Assembly (NCBI RefSeq): GCF_011745625.1
Contig: NW_027191456.1
Coordinates: 248,001 to 312,000 of the forward strand
Length of the DNA: 64,000 bases
From: Cladosporium halotolerans
Taxonomy: Eukaryota
Reading direction: 5' to 3'
Shown: piece after piece, positions 39,001-50,207 of the stretch
How the letters are laid out: each line of letters starts with the position of its first letter
Position numbering within the stretch: position 1 is the stretch's first letter
The notes under the pieces: generated by a model
Seen by the model: the letters and a program-made list of their open reading frames with translations, nothing else
What the model was told of the DNA's origin: nothing
The model's database searches: none
Program-made: the position numbers and the translations under genes

Positions 39001-41240
39001 CAGCATCAATTTCCGAACAACGGGCCCTCACATCCTGCCCTCTGCCCTCCCCTACCCCAGCTCCTGACTGACAAAGTGCAATAATATGCGCGTGCGTTGC
39101 ATCAAAGGGTTCGCCACAGCTATCGTTATCCGTCTGCGGCTCTCCAAAACGGCCGTGGGGTGCAGAGAGTTTGTCCCCTGAGCGCCCTTGAAACGCCCGA
39201 AGTTCACCGCTCTCCCACGTGTCACGAAAATCGTCTGGTCCGCCGCAGCTTTGATCCCGCCGAATAGCCACCTCGCTCGCACCGCGGAAGGATGGAGGAG
39301 AGGAGAAATCCGGATTCAGCTGCCGTGAATAATCCTCGCGTCGCATCCTGCCACTGCCTGCATCGATCTAGTCGGGGCACCAACGCTGCGCTCATCTCGC
39401 TCCCTCGCCAAGCTGCTCTCCGGATAGCCGGAGCAGGCATGCACATAGCCCACGGAATACGTCTCCTGCATCCTTCGCAGCGCATGCTGTAAGCACGTTT
39501 TTCCGCAGTCATTACTTCGTGCCGTGGTTACCCACTGGTTCACGCGACTTCCCGCACGTCAGCACTTTACCGTACGGAGTCGACCGAAACGACGGACTGA
39601 CCGACCGACCCACGCCCGCATCTTCACGCCCGCGCGCCCCATCTCCCTGCGTGTCACAATCATCCCAGCGATAACACCCCTCCCATAGCACGATACGCGC
39701 GCAAACCCCATGTCGCCGAGCCCTACACCAAATGACAATCCTACGCATCCTCATCACACCACCGTCAGGTCGGACCAGTCGTAGCAGCAGAGTGCGATTC
39801 GCCGCCTCCATCCCATGCCCCTGATGCGCGACGCGCATCAGAAAAGCCGCCTCATCCATGCTTCCTCCCCCTCAGGCCGCGACGACGATCAAATCTACCG
39901 CGCAGCCAGGCACCAGGATTCCCCTTCTTCCCTTTACAAAGCCTCCAAAGCCTAGTCGCAGCCGCAGTAAAGGCGAGCCGAGTGCCCGTCCGTTCGCCTT
40001 TTCTTTCCTTGTCTCCCTATCTAAGCCGCCTATCTCACTCTCCCCCAGCCGGGCCAAGTTCCGCCGCTTGCTCGAGAAGAAAGGCAGACAGGCAGCCAGG
40101 GCACCGGCGGATGTCGCGGCCGAAAGTCTGCACGCTCGCATCGCCGTCCCACCGACCATCGATCGCGCGCACACCCGTGCATTGCATGAGCGCCTCCATG
40201 CACCTCCCTGCTGAATGATATAGTCACGTATGTAAGTCATGGGGGGATTTTGCGAGAACACCCCGACGCATTGCATCGCAGGGCAGGGCATGACCACTCT
40301 GCGCCGCTCGCTCGTGCGCCTTGCACATCGTTGATGTCGGCATGCCGCGCTGCGCAAAAGTAGCTCCAATCGCCGTGCGATTGCCCCTTCGTCCTCGAGA
40401 CACCGTAGGTTTCTGCGCGTTCACAGCCCCTTGATGTCTTGCAGGTGCACCCCCTCTCCACTGCCCCTCCCACACTACCACCTTACCCTCTGGTCGCTCG
40501 ACGAAACACCGCTTGACACCTGGCACTCGCTCGCACGCTTGCTCGAAGCTCCCTCCGTTCTGTAATCCTGCCTAACCTAAGGCAAGCTAAACCATCCCAT
40601 CCGTGCTAGTGGTCACAGCAGTGAGGTAGACAGAAAACGGCAAAGCAATGGGACCCAACCCCGCTTGCGTAGCACGAGCTCCTTACAGTAGCTTCGCAGG
40701 AACGCACGAAAAGCCCCGCGGACAGTAGGTATCATCATCGCGCATGGCCGCACGCATCGACACCTGAGGTACGGGTACAGCAGCCAAAGGTCACAGCTCT
40801 ACTTGCTCTTCCTCGGCTTCCTCGGCCTCTATGCTACTACCTTACCTTGCCTTGCCTTCCCTAGCCGCGACCGACCACGCGGAGCTCTGAAGGCGGCAGC
40901 TGTAGCGGGGCCGTCGCCAGACCTCACCAAGCCCATGCCACCGCATCAGAGGGAAGCCAGCCGCTACTGCAGCGTGCGCTGGCGGCTGGCGGCCACGTGC
41001 TGGGCGTTTTTCCCTTGGTTTCCTCCGTATCGGAACGCGGGTGGTGAGTGCATGCATGCGCGCAAGCGAGCGAGCGCGCGAGAGTCCCAGGAGATCAGGC
41101 GCCGCTTTTGCGCCGAGCTTCGCTTCTGCTGACTACTTACTGGCGCTGTGCTGTGCTGCGCTGTGCTGTGCTGGCTTGGTTTGGTTTCTGGTTTGTTGGC
41201 GGGGTGATGGGTTCGGAAGTCGGATGTGCGCGAGCCAGGG

Positions 41241-41270
41241 GAGTGAGGTGAGGTGAGGTGAGGTGAGGTG
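41241..41270 (+). repeat. (GTGAG)n microsatellite, with a neighbouring imperfect (GCTGT)n tract at ~41145-41172
   Basis: Read directly from the sequence. Confidence 0.8.
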
Positions 41271-41923
41271 GGGAGTCGGGGAGCGGGTGCGATGGCAGGA
41301 TGGGATGGTACGGGTGTGGTCACGCCACCTTTCGCTTGAGAGGGGGAGCCTGGGCTGGTCGGGTGGCGCTGGGGTTCTGTGCGTGGAAGTCAAAGCGGGT
41401 GGTACTCGAGGGAGGCTTTGGGGAGACGGTGAGTAAGCTGCTGATGTTGGCAGTTGGCTTCGAGGACCGTGAGCGAGGTTCGGGTTGTGATTGGCGATCT
41501 AGACGATGGAGGATGGGGCTCGAGCGAGAAGAGACTCGATCACAGTATCTGCGTTGTGCGACGGGTCACGCCAGGATGCTTCGTGGGTGGTTTCAAGATC
41601 AGGTCCAGCCGGGAGGCGGGGGGAGATGGCAATTCGAAGTCACTTTCGCATGTCGTGATTGTCACGTCTGCAGCGCGTTTTAGCAGCCGCGCCATCGTCG
41701 CAGCGTGCGGGTTGAGTTGGCGGCCAGACAAGAGAGTTGTGATGGTGCCCGCGGCCTTCTTTTGTGAAAGTTTAGAGCTACGTCTGAGAATTAAACTTTG
41801 GTAAATGCCAGGTTCGTCACGACTTGGGCATCAACCACGGATGTCTACGGACCCGGAGTTGGGGGGAGTCTCGATGCATGACTGAAGATCGGAAGTTGCG
41901 GGTGAGGAGAGCCAGCTGCTTCT

Positions 41924-41943
41924 TAACCTAACCCTAACCCTAA
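41924..41943 (+). repeat. Interstitial telomere-like repeat TAACCTAACCCTAACCCTAA
   Basis: About 3 units of the (CCCTAA)n complement of the TTAGGG telomere repeat common in Pezizomycotina. Confidence 0.7.
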
Positions 41944-43927
41944 TATACGATGTCTCAACCTCAGGGATGCATTCAACGCGCTGCGGGAGCAATTCTCAAT
42001 CGACTATAGGAAAATCGTCATGACTCGATATATGTCTGGTTGCCATGAAACGAGAAGATTGTCGTGAGCGGAATGGCCAGCGCCGGCGTGGTAGGAATGC
42101 TCAATGGCTTCATCGTCATAGAACGGCCGCGCTTACGGTAAACGGCGATGCTCATATCGCATGTTACGCCTAGTATTTCAGCCGCTCGCCTCTATAGCGT
42201 GCCGTGGCTTTTGCCTGGCGCTCACATTCTCTCGCTTCGTGAGCCTCCTTTATAGGGCGGCTGCTCTTTCGTGACGCCGTTTGCGTTGCTGAGGGAATCA
42301 CCCATATGGACCAAGGCGCCATTCTTACATGCTAGATGCTTATACTGATCCTGATGCCGACTCGCTTGGAGACTTCCTATAACTTGAGACGACTGGGAGC
42401 GTGTTCTCTACCTCCACGAGCTCCCCTTCGCGTATAGAGAAGTTTGAAGGCCTTGGAGGACTACAACGCGTCCTCGTTAAGTACGGCAAGGTAGGCTCTC
42501 CTGGTGATGATTCAGTCTCTCCAGCCGATGAAAGAAGATAGTACCACGAGCCTCATTCATAGGAAAACCGCTCAATTGTTCTGGTTCCATGCCCGGCATA
42601 CATGGAGTTTACCTTTCCAGCTTACCAACGGTCTCACATGGCTCGCGAGACAGCTCTTTATATGTACAGCAAGCATACCAGTCAAACGCTCCAACTCCCT
42701 CACCTGATGCTCCGGACAACTCACTCCAAGGACATCAATCACGTCCAGCGCTCACAGTGCATGCTCTTCAACCATGCCACCAGCCCCATTTGCATCTAAC
42801 GCTCCAGGCTATCTACCACAACTCCCTTTCACGCCGAACGTTGGGGTACGCGCGCTCCTACCGCACCAATGGCCTCATTCGGCGCCCAGGACCTCAAGCT
42901 TCGGTCATTCTAGCTCACTAGCGACGCTCGTGACGCTCATGACACCCGTGACAGCCGTCGTCTCGATTCCCCCATCTGATCCATTGCGGCCGATGTCACA
43001 AGTAACATCGCACCTAAACAATGACTACTGCTTCACACACTAGATGACGACGGTACCGACGCCGATCCATTCGAGTAGTCGACACATACACCACGGATGA
43101 CACGACCGAGCACCAGCTCGGATATTCACCATCACGCCCAGTAGCCACAAGCGCGACCAACTCAAGAAACACCCAGCCAGTATCATCAAAAGCTCGGTCA
43201 GCGCCCCGGAATCACGACAATGGCGACGACTATGACACTTCGAGCCTGCTATACTCCGCCCAGCAGCACACCATACAGAAGAGAGCACGGGGCGATGGAT
43301 TAAGCAGGGGCATGTAGCGCAGCGGCGACGACACCGATCCAATTCTCGCTCGAGAGCAAGCGACATCGTCAACAATGCAGCAGAGGGCAGCGATCCAGGG
43401 CGCAACCCAGGCAGCAATCCAGGCCTGCGAAAGGTCGACCATCCTGGGGAAGGGGTGTCTGGAGAAGCAATTACAGAAGGTCACTCCTATAGAGGGAGTC
43501 CGATGCTCCTGACCGTGAACGGGGCTGATGCCAGTCGAGTCCGGCACATACGCCCTACGAAGGTCGGGATGCCATGGCATGATCGCGTGAGGGATTGTCT
43601 GCCGACATCGATCCAGCCGTTGCTCCTACCGAGTGGCTTCGTCGACATTCGGACGCTCTTCGAGAAGCTCTCCAAGTTTCTGCCCGGCCCATTTCACTGC
43701 CACCTTCGTGTCTGCAAGGTTTAATATTTTGACTGCATTTTCGACTTCTTTCAACATATAGCCGACACTCAACACCACGTTGCTCTGTTGCCCCGCTCAC
43801 CCGACTGCCTATTCAGATTGATGGGATGCGATTGCATTGATGATCATGCCAAGGTCGGAACCGGGTACAGTCGTTACAGCTTCGGCTTGGACCATCACTG
43901 TTTTATGGGCCATGGACTGTACTGCGT

Positions 43928-45021
43928 ATGCGGACGGGCGTTCCAATCGCTACTGCAGCTTGCCTGCCATGTCACAACTCATCCACTCCAGAACACATCC
44001 CGCTGATCAACGAGTTAGTACCGCTTATCGACAGACTGGATTTATATCCACCAGAAAAGGACATATCGCTGTATAGTCTCTGCATTGATGACCGTTCCCT
44101 CACCGGCGCAATGATTATACCAGGCGCGTAGTCTGGGTCATCGCAGGTATTGGACGTCAAGCAGCAACTTGACCACCCTACATCGAGTCTTGGGCTTTCG
44201 CCGTATACTCAATCCTTCGCCATGCGGGTATACAGGGAAAGTGGTGATGGGGTTGCAATCGATCCGAGCAACGTATTTGGCAAGAAGCGGGACCGTCTGG
44301 CGGATGCTATCCTGGTGCACCATACTGCTTTCGTGGCCGATGGGGAGGATAACTGCACCTTGAGGATCACTGCCCCTTCGCGGACATTCCGATTGTCCCC
44401 CCGCCGCCCTTCGCCCGCTTATGAGGGAGCTTCTCAAGCACAACTTGACATCACAGTACGACCACATCGACGTCCTAACCTACGGCACAGCGCTACTCGG
44501 GTGAAACTCTTGCCCAGTCGCGCGCGAGATGGCCAGAGCGAAAGCCTACAATTGCAACAATCTCTGACGGGTTTACTTGCAGCTTGCCGGCTCTCGCGTT
44601 ATTCTGTGCAGTCACTGAGTCGTTCTGCTTTAATTGCTTCATACAAACACCGGAGCTGAAGAGGACTGCGAATACTATGGGTGAAATCGCGTATACCTGG
44701 GCAAGACAGATTGCAATGAATGACCCAGACCTTTATCCCATCGAAATGCCACATGACACATCGTTTTGACGTGATAGTCTGAAGCTCGGTCGAGCATTCA
44801 TTGACCCTGACTATGAGTCCTCTAGGCCAAACGCAATATTCTTATGTGCGACGAATTTTGCACAGAGCAGGAAGAACGAAGTCGTGTGTTACAAGCTGAC
44901 AATTACACAAGATGGAACTGGCATGGGACGAAGCGCAGCTCACAAAGCTGCCACAGGGGTATTCCGCGGTCTAGGAGAGAGCATCGTGCAGTACCTAACA
45001 CAGGAGCAGCCTCTGCTATGA
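43928..45021 (+). pseudogene. Possible decayed coding sequence of unknown family
   Basis: ORFs 43928-44131 and 44150-44659 share a frame and are separated by one TAG. Frame 44584-45021 is open except for one TGA at 44767. Confidence 0.3.
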
Positions 45022-46714
45022 GCCCGAAGCCCGGGCTGTGGGCTGCGATCAATAGCTGACCATGAACTGCATCTCGTATTGAAAGTAGCAATGTTATCAA
45101 GGTAAATGATAACAAGAGAGCAGTCGTATTTATGATAAACGTCGACAGTCTGAGACCGTGTATGAAATATGGTTGCTTGCCTGCTTATGTATCTAGTAAT
45201 TGCCTACTCGCTGATGAACGGTCAGAGCCTCGTACCTTATCCAGCACATGGCGCCTCCGGGACGTCTCATCCGCGATATGGTTTCCCGGCCCAGACCGCG
45301 ACATGCGATCTCTCGAGACGTGGCCTCTGCAGGCGTCGCGTCCGGGATCTCGGACACCATCCATTTCAATGCTCAGTTCAGATATCCGCGCGCAGTATTC
45401 GGACCGGTGGGTCGGCGAGCTCGGCGGCCAACCATCGCGAGCTCCTCAGCCATGTCGACGCGGGAGCCCTCTGATTCAGAATTTTGATAGCCTCTTAGCA
45501 CTGGGCACTGGACCAGAATATGGGTGTCCAGGTTGTTCTCGTCGCGCCATGCCAACGATCGCTCGGACGCATGGTAAATGCCCGCTCCGGTACCACCCCT
45601 GTCGACGCGGTTGATCATAGGGTGGTCGGCGAAAAGTCGTGCCACCTCCGCAAGTCCGTACGAATGTGGGTGATCGAATCCTTTGACCGTAAGGAGGACG
45701 CGGCGGGCTGCGTCGGAAGAAGTGCGAGAATGGCTGGAGGGTATCCTCGAACCTTGACTGGAGTTACGATGTATCGATCTCCGCGTTGAATTAACAGCGA
45801 ATGGAAATGAGTTACGCCATGTAAGCGATGGTTTTGGACTTCAAGAACTGCCGGGAAATGAGAGATGGCGCGGACAGGCTGCTCACTAGGGGTGCCAGCA
45901 CGAGCGCGAGGGCGCAACTGCTCAATCCATACGCCGTGATTCCTTGCTATTGCGTCAAGCTCTTCTTGAAGACAAATCAACGAAGGCCCGGCGGAGCCGC
46001 ATGAAGAAGCTCGCAGCTAGCCATACGAATCTCGTCCTCCTGCGGCGTGCAGTCAGATGGCCACTTCTTTCCACTTACGTTCACGTCAACATTCTCTTTT
46101 TTTTTTCTCTTTCTTGAGCATCTCGACTGAGAGGTGGCCAATGTGTCACAGGGAATCTGTCCCCGTATACTGCTTTCTTTATTTGCTCGGCGCGATGCCT
46201 TGGCAAGCCAGCGACGGCGTTTTCTCATGTAGACAATAGCAAGCCCAATCCGGTCTTCAGGAAACACGCGAGGAATGTCGTACATTCTGTGGCCATGCAA
46301 AACAGGCCATTGTTCTCAGGCTCACAATTATATTGTAAGGTGCACTCCGTGATAATTGTCTGCGGGCGAGACATGGAAGTGTGGTCACCCGCTGGTGTAA
46401 GCGCGCATTGGCATGTGATTGATCGGCGGTGCCCGGTGACGCATTTGCAGTCGGCAAGCAGCACAGCTCCGCCGGATCTGCTGCCTCGACCCCATGGAGT
46501 TGTTTGCGATCGCCACGCTCTTCTTTCACAAACCCCCCGCCGCGACTCGCGGACTCATTCTTTGTAGATACTTTTTACGATTGTTCTCCTCAAGCCAGAC
46601 CATCACTCTTCCGTACCAACAATCTGCAATAGCACTCTTCATAAAGCCTTAGCCCCAAGCAAAGCTTCCCGCATCGCGACTCAACCGACAGCTCTCCCGC
46701 TCACCCAGTGCCGC

Positions 46715-48184
46715 ATGTCAGCTGCAGCCTTGACGAACACGCAATCTAGCGACGCAGGATCTTCCGACTACGAAGCACCTGTCGCGACTCCGCACCATCC
46801 TGCCTCAGCCTCCACCCTGCCTCTCTCCACTACTCCCGGCCAAGAGCCGGATGGGCCTCGAAAGAGCCGTTTCATGGAAGAAGGAATAGGCAACCGCTCG
46901 GCCAGCTCTGAAGTGCCAAATATCACACCAGTCTTGACCTCTAAACGCGACTCAATTGACCCAGCGACGGTGCCTATGCGCACGAGCTCCTCGAGAGCTG
47001 TCTTGAACGGAGAATCAGGCCGCCCAACTAGCCCTCGTAGCCCGAAAGGTCGTACACTTTCGCCGAACGAATCCAAGAGAAGGCCACAAGTCAGTGAGAG
47101 CGATTGGATTGCCGCAAGTAAGATCAGCAGAGCATCGCCGCCCCTCATGAGAACCGAAGAGCAAGGAAGCATGTCTGCGTCGCAGGGAGAGCCTTCTTCC
47201 TATGTTGGAAAGGACTTGATCCATGGGGACGGATTCAGTTGGAGCGCGGAAAAGGAGAACATCGTGAAGGGGCCCTACGACTACCTCGAGTCGCACCCTG
47301 GCAAGGATGTACGAAGCCAGCTTATCAATGCCTTCAATCTCTGGCTCCAAGTGCCTGAGCCCTCCCTCGAGATCATCAACAAAGTCGTTGGCATGCTGCA
47401 CACAGCCTCACTCCTGATTGACGACGTGGAGGATAACTCGAACCTCCGCCGTGGCGTCCCTGTAGCACATCTCATCTTCGGCACTGCGCAAACCATCAAC
47501 AGCGCCAACTACGTCTACTTCTGCGCCCTGCAGGAGCTGACCAAGCTCAACAACCCTGAAGCCATCCGCATCTACACCGACGAGCTCCTGAACCTCCACC
47601 GCGGCCAAGGCATGGACCTCTTCTGGCGCGACACCCTGACCTGCCCCTCGGAAGACGACTACCTCGAGATGGTCGGCAACAAAACCGGCGGCCTCTTCCG
47701 GCTCGCGATCAAACTCATGTTCGCCGAGTCACCGTCCCACCAAAACCCCAGCACCACAACAACGGACTACGTGCCCCTTGTCAACACGATCGGCCTGCTC
47801 TTCCAGATCCTCGACGACTACCGCAACCTGTCGCACCCGACATACACGGCCAACAAGGGCCTGTGCGAGGACCTGACCGAAGGCAAGTTCTCCTTCCCGA
47901 TCATCCACGCCATCCGCGCCAACCCGGCCAACCTCGTTCTGATCAACATCCTCAAGCAGAAGCCCGCGGACGACGACGTCAAGAAGTACGCCGTCGGCTA
48001 CATGGAGTCGGTCGGCTCCTTCGCGTACACGCGCCGCGTCCTGCGCGGTTTGACCCGCAAGGCGCTGCTGCTTGTTGATGAGGTCGATGCGGGGAGGGGG
48101 TTGGGCGGCGGCGTCAGGGCGATCCTTGAGCTGTTGAAGGTCGAGAAGGGGTCGAAGGAGGCGAAGGCCGACGCGGTGCCTTGA
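46715..48184 (+). CDS. BTS1: Geranylgeranyl pyrophosphate synthase (Bts1/al-3 type)
   Basis: [19 protein letters not shown] (FARM), [25 protein letters not shown] (SARM) and [11 protein letters not shown]. Confidence 0.93.
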   Translation: MSAAALTNTQSSDAGSSDYEAPVATPHHPASASTLPLSTTPGQEPDGPRKSRFMEEGIGNRSASSEVPNITPVLTSKRDSIDPATVPMRTSSSRAVLNGESGRPTSPRSPKGRTLSPNESKRRPQVSESDWIAASKISRASPPLMRTEEQGSMSASQGEPSSYVGKDLIHGDGFSWSAEKENIVKGPYDYLESHPGKDVRSQLINAFNLWLQVPEPSLEIINKVVGMLHTASLLIDDVEDNSNLRRGVPVAHLIFGTAQTINSANYVYFCALQELTKLNNPEAIRIYTDELLNLHRGQGMDLFWRDTLTCPSEDDYLEMVGNKTGGLFRLAIKLMFAESPSHQNPSTTTTDYVPLVNTIGLLFQILDDYRNLSHPTYTANKGLCEDLTEGKFSFPIIHAIRANPANLVLINILKQKPADDDVKKYAVGYMESVGSFAYTRRVLRGLTRKALLLVDEVDAGRGLGGGVRAILELLKVEKGSKEAKADAVP

Positions 48185-48929
48185 TTTGCAGTGTCAATGC
48201 TATGTGAAGATGAAGCCAACGGCACTGGCTTGTGATAGATGTCGGGTTTGGAGTTTCGGGCTTTTGGGATTGAGTGTTGGCAGCACATTCGGCACGCCAT
48301 TGGCGCTTTTGCATGGGCTTGGGTCCGTCGACAGACGTGACTTGCGATGATTCACGGTTTGGGAGTGGAGGATTTGAAGCGAGGGAGATTGAGACACGAG
48401 ACGACGGAGCTGGAAAATCGGGGGTCTTCAGACAGTACCCTAATATTCTTGCCAGCGCAACTGGCATTAAGGCAATCTCAACGCTTGCTATCATACGCTT
48501 CCCATATCGTGTGGCATAGACATGCCGAGTGACAACGGTCTCAGCCTAAGTCGTTTCTTACGATTTCTTTTTGACTGTCTCGTTGCCGTCTTCAATTTCA
48601 CAAGGATCTTTGCGATCCTGCACTTCATCTCTGGTGCCCGCGCCTATTCCTCTTCGAGCTTCCTTCGGGCATCACTGGATGTGGCGGGCCACACGCCGAC
48701 CAGAGGAAATAGATCGTGCTGGCGGACGTTTGTGATATCGCCACTGCAGCTTTCGAGGCGGCTCTTGAGCGCCATACCATCCCCATCAGCCAGCATGGGA
48801 ACAGAGGCCGAACGACGCCGCGTTGGTCTCTTGAAGTCCGTTTATGGCCAGTTACGTTCCCGGCAACTCTTGAACCCGCTACTGTAGCACTCGTCCACGA
48901 ATTGACGAAATTCTTTCCTTCGTATCCCT

Positions 48930-49817
48930 TTACAAGTAATCCTTCTTCTTAGCAGTGCGCGTGTACTGGTTCATGTGCCACTCGACGTCGCCGTCCTTGT
49001 TCTCCGCCGTGCCCTGCCTGATCTCGAACAGGCGCATGGTCATCCGCGGACCGACCTCAGCCAATTCCACGCTCTGGTAGCCGGTCTTGACGAACACGTG
49101 GTGTCGCACCTCGATGCTGTCCTCGATGTTCTTGAACGTCACGACCCTGCTGCCCAGCTTGGCGGAGCCGTCGCGCGGCGGGAAAAGATGTTGCAGGATT
49201 TTGACCACGCGCTTGCCGAGCGTTGTTGTGAAGCCCTCGAAGATCAGGTGCGGGTAGGACTCCGAGACGGTGCCGCGGGAGGCGTTGGGGATGTCGTGGC
49301 GGAGAACGACGTTGTGGAGACTGAAGGAGGCGGTCGGGCCGTGGGGCATGTGCGAGACGGTCAGGGCGGTGGGCGTGCCGCGGTGTTCGTGGAGCAGGAT
49401 CATGTCGCTGAGGCCGGAGGATTTGGCGGAGGAGACCAGGTTGGGCAGGATCAAGTTACCTCTGTTCAGGCGGATACCGGTGGGCAGGAGGAGGCGGATC
49501 TCTTTGGCGAAAGAGGCGAGTCGGCTGCTAGGGTCGCGGGAGGTGGTGACCAGGACACGCGGGTCGACGACGCCGGAGAGGTAGGAGTATTCGTCGTCGA
49601 GATCGAGCTCGTCGTCGGCGGTTCGGTCGGCGCGGGATTCGTCGTACTTGTAGTCCTGGCGCAGTTGCTTGTCGTTTGCGATGGCCGAGTCCAGTGGCTT
49701 GCCGGTTGCGAGCGACTGCTTCAGCTTTGCGCGCTTCTCGCTGATCTCGGCATCGCGAAGAGTGAGGGCGCGCCGGTAGAGGTAATCGCGCCGCTGGCGG
49801 GCCTGTCGTCGGATCAT
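48930..49817 (-). CDS. IMP4: U3 snoRNP Brix-domain protein Imp4
   Basis: [33 protein letters not shown] and [17 protein letters not shown]. Confidence 0.96.
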   Translation of the reverse strand: MIRRQARQRRDYLYRRALTLRDAEISEKRAKLKQSLATGKPLDSAIANDKQLRQDYKYDESRADRTADDELDLDDEYSYLSGVVDPRVLVTTSRDPSSRLASFAKEIRLLLPTGIRLNRGNLILPNLVSSAKSSGLSDMILLHEHRGTPTALTVSHMPHGPTASFSLHNVVLRHDIPNASRGTVSESYPHLIFEGFTTTLGKRVVKILQHLFPPRDGSAKLGSRVVTFKNIEDSIEVRHHVFVKTGYQSVELAEVGPRMTMRLFEIRQGTAENKDGDVEWHMNQYTRTAKKKDYL

Positions 49818-50207
49818 GGTGGTGTATGTGTGTGTATGTGGAAAGTGAGGTGGAGTGAATACACGGCCAGTCGCTGGCGGCGCAAGTCTGGCTCTCAGTA
49901 AATTCTCGGCCCCGTCGTCAAAAGTTCAGAGTTCCCCACATTTGCGACTCGCTCTTGCAGCACAACGCCCGCTGGCCGGCCGCCGCAAACACACTCCCGC
50001 CCGTTGCGGACACTCTGACACCACCCACCGCGACTGCAACAGCTGCGACGGCGTGCAGCGCAACGACAAACCGGTCACCATACCACGCTGACTCTGAATA
50101 GGCGTCCTCTGTCCGGTCGAGCTATCCGAATACATCGGGGTTGAGGCCAACCGCCGTCTCGGCCCCGCCACTGGACTTCTTGCGGCTCACGACCACGGGT
50201 CAATATC

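Noticed and set aside
36100..41800. Many 60-245-aa ORFs in the GC-rich region
   Set aside because: Arg/Ala/Pro-rich ORFs in all six frames, as expected by chance at high GC, with no codon bias or domains.
41900..44500. Telomerase RNA gene starting near the TAACCCTAA word
   Set aside because: The repeat is longer than a typical ~1.5-unit template, and I found no convincing Sm site plus terminal 5' splice site or pseudoknot. A covariance-model search is needed to settle it.
46715..48184. GGPP synthase as the core of a diterpene or indole-diterpene cluster
   Set aside because: It is flanked by IMP4 and UPF1 with no cyclase, P450 or prenyltransferase nearby, so it looks like the primary-metabolism copy.
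48500..48780. Minus-strand basic, protein-like fragment with an internal stop downstream of IMP4
   Set aside because: Too short and has no recognisable homology. Probably UTR or intergenic sequence.
48975..49901. 308-aa plus-strand ORF
   Set aside because: Antisense shadow of IMP4.
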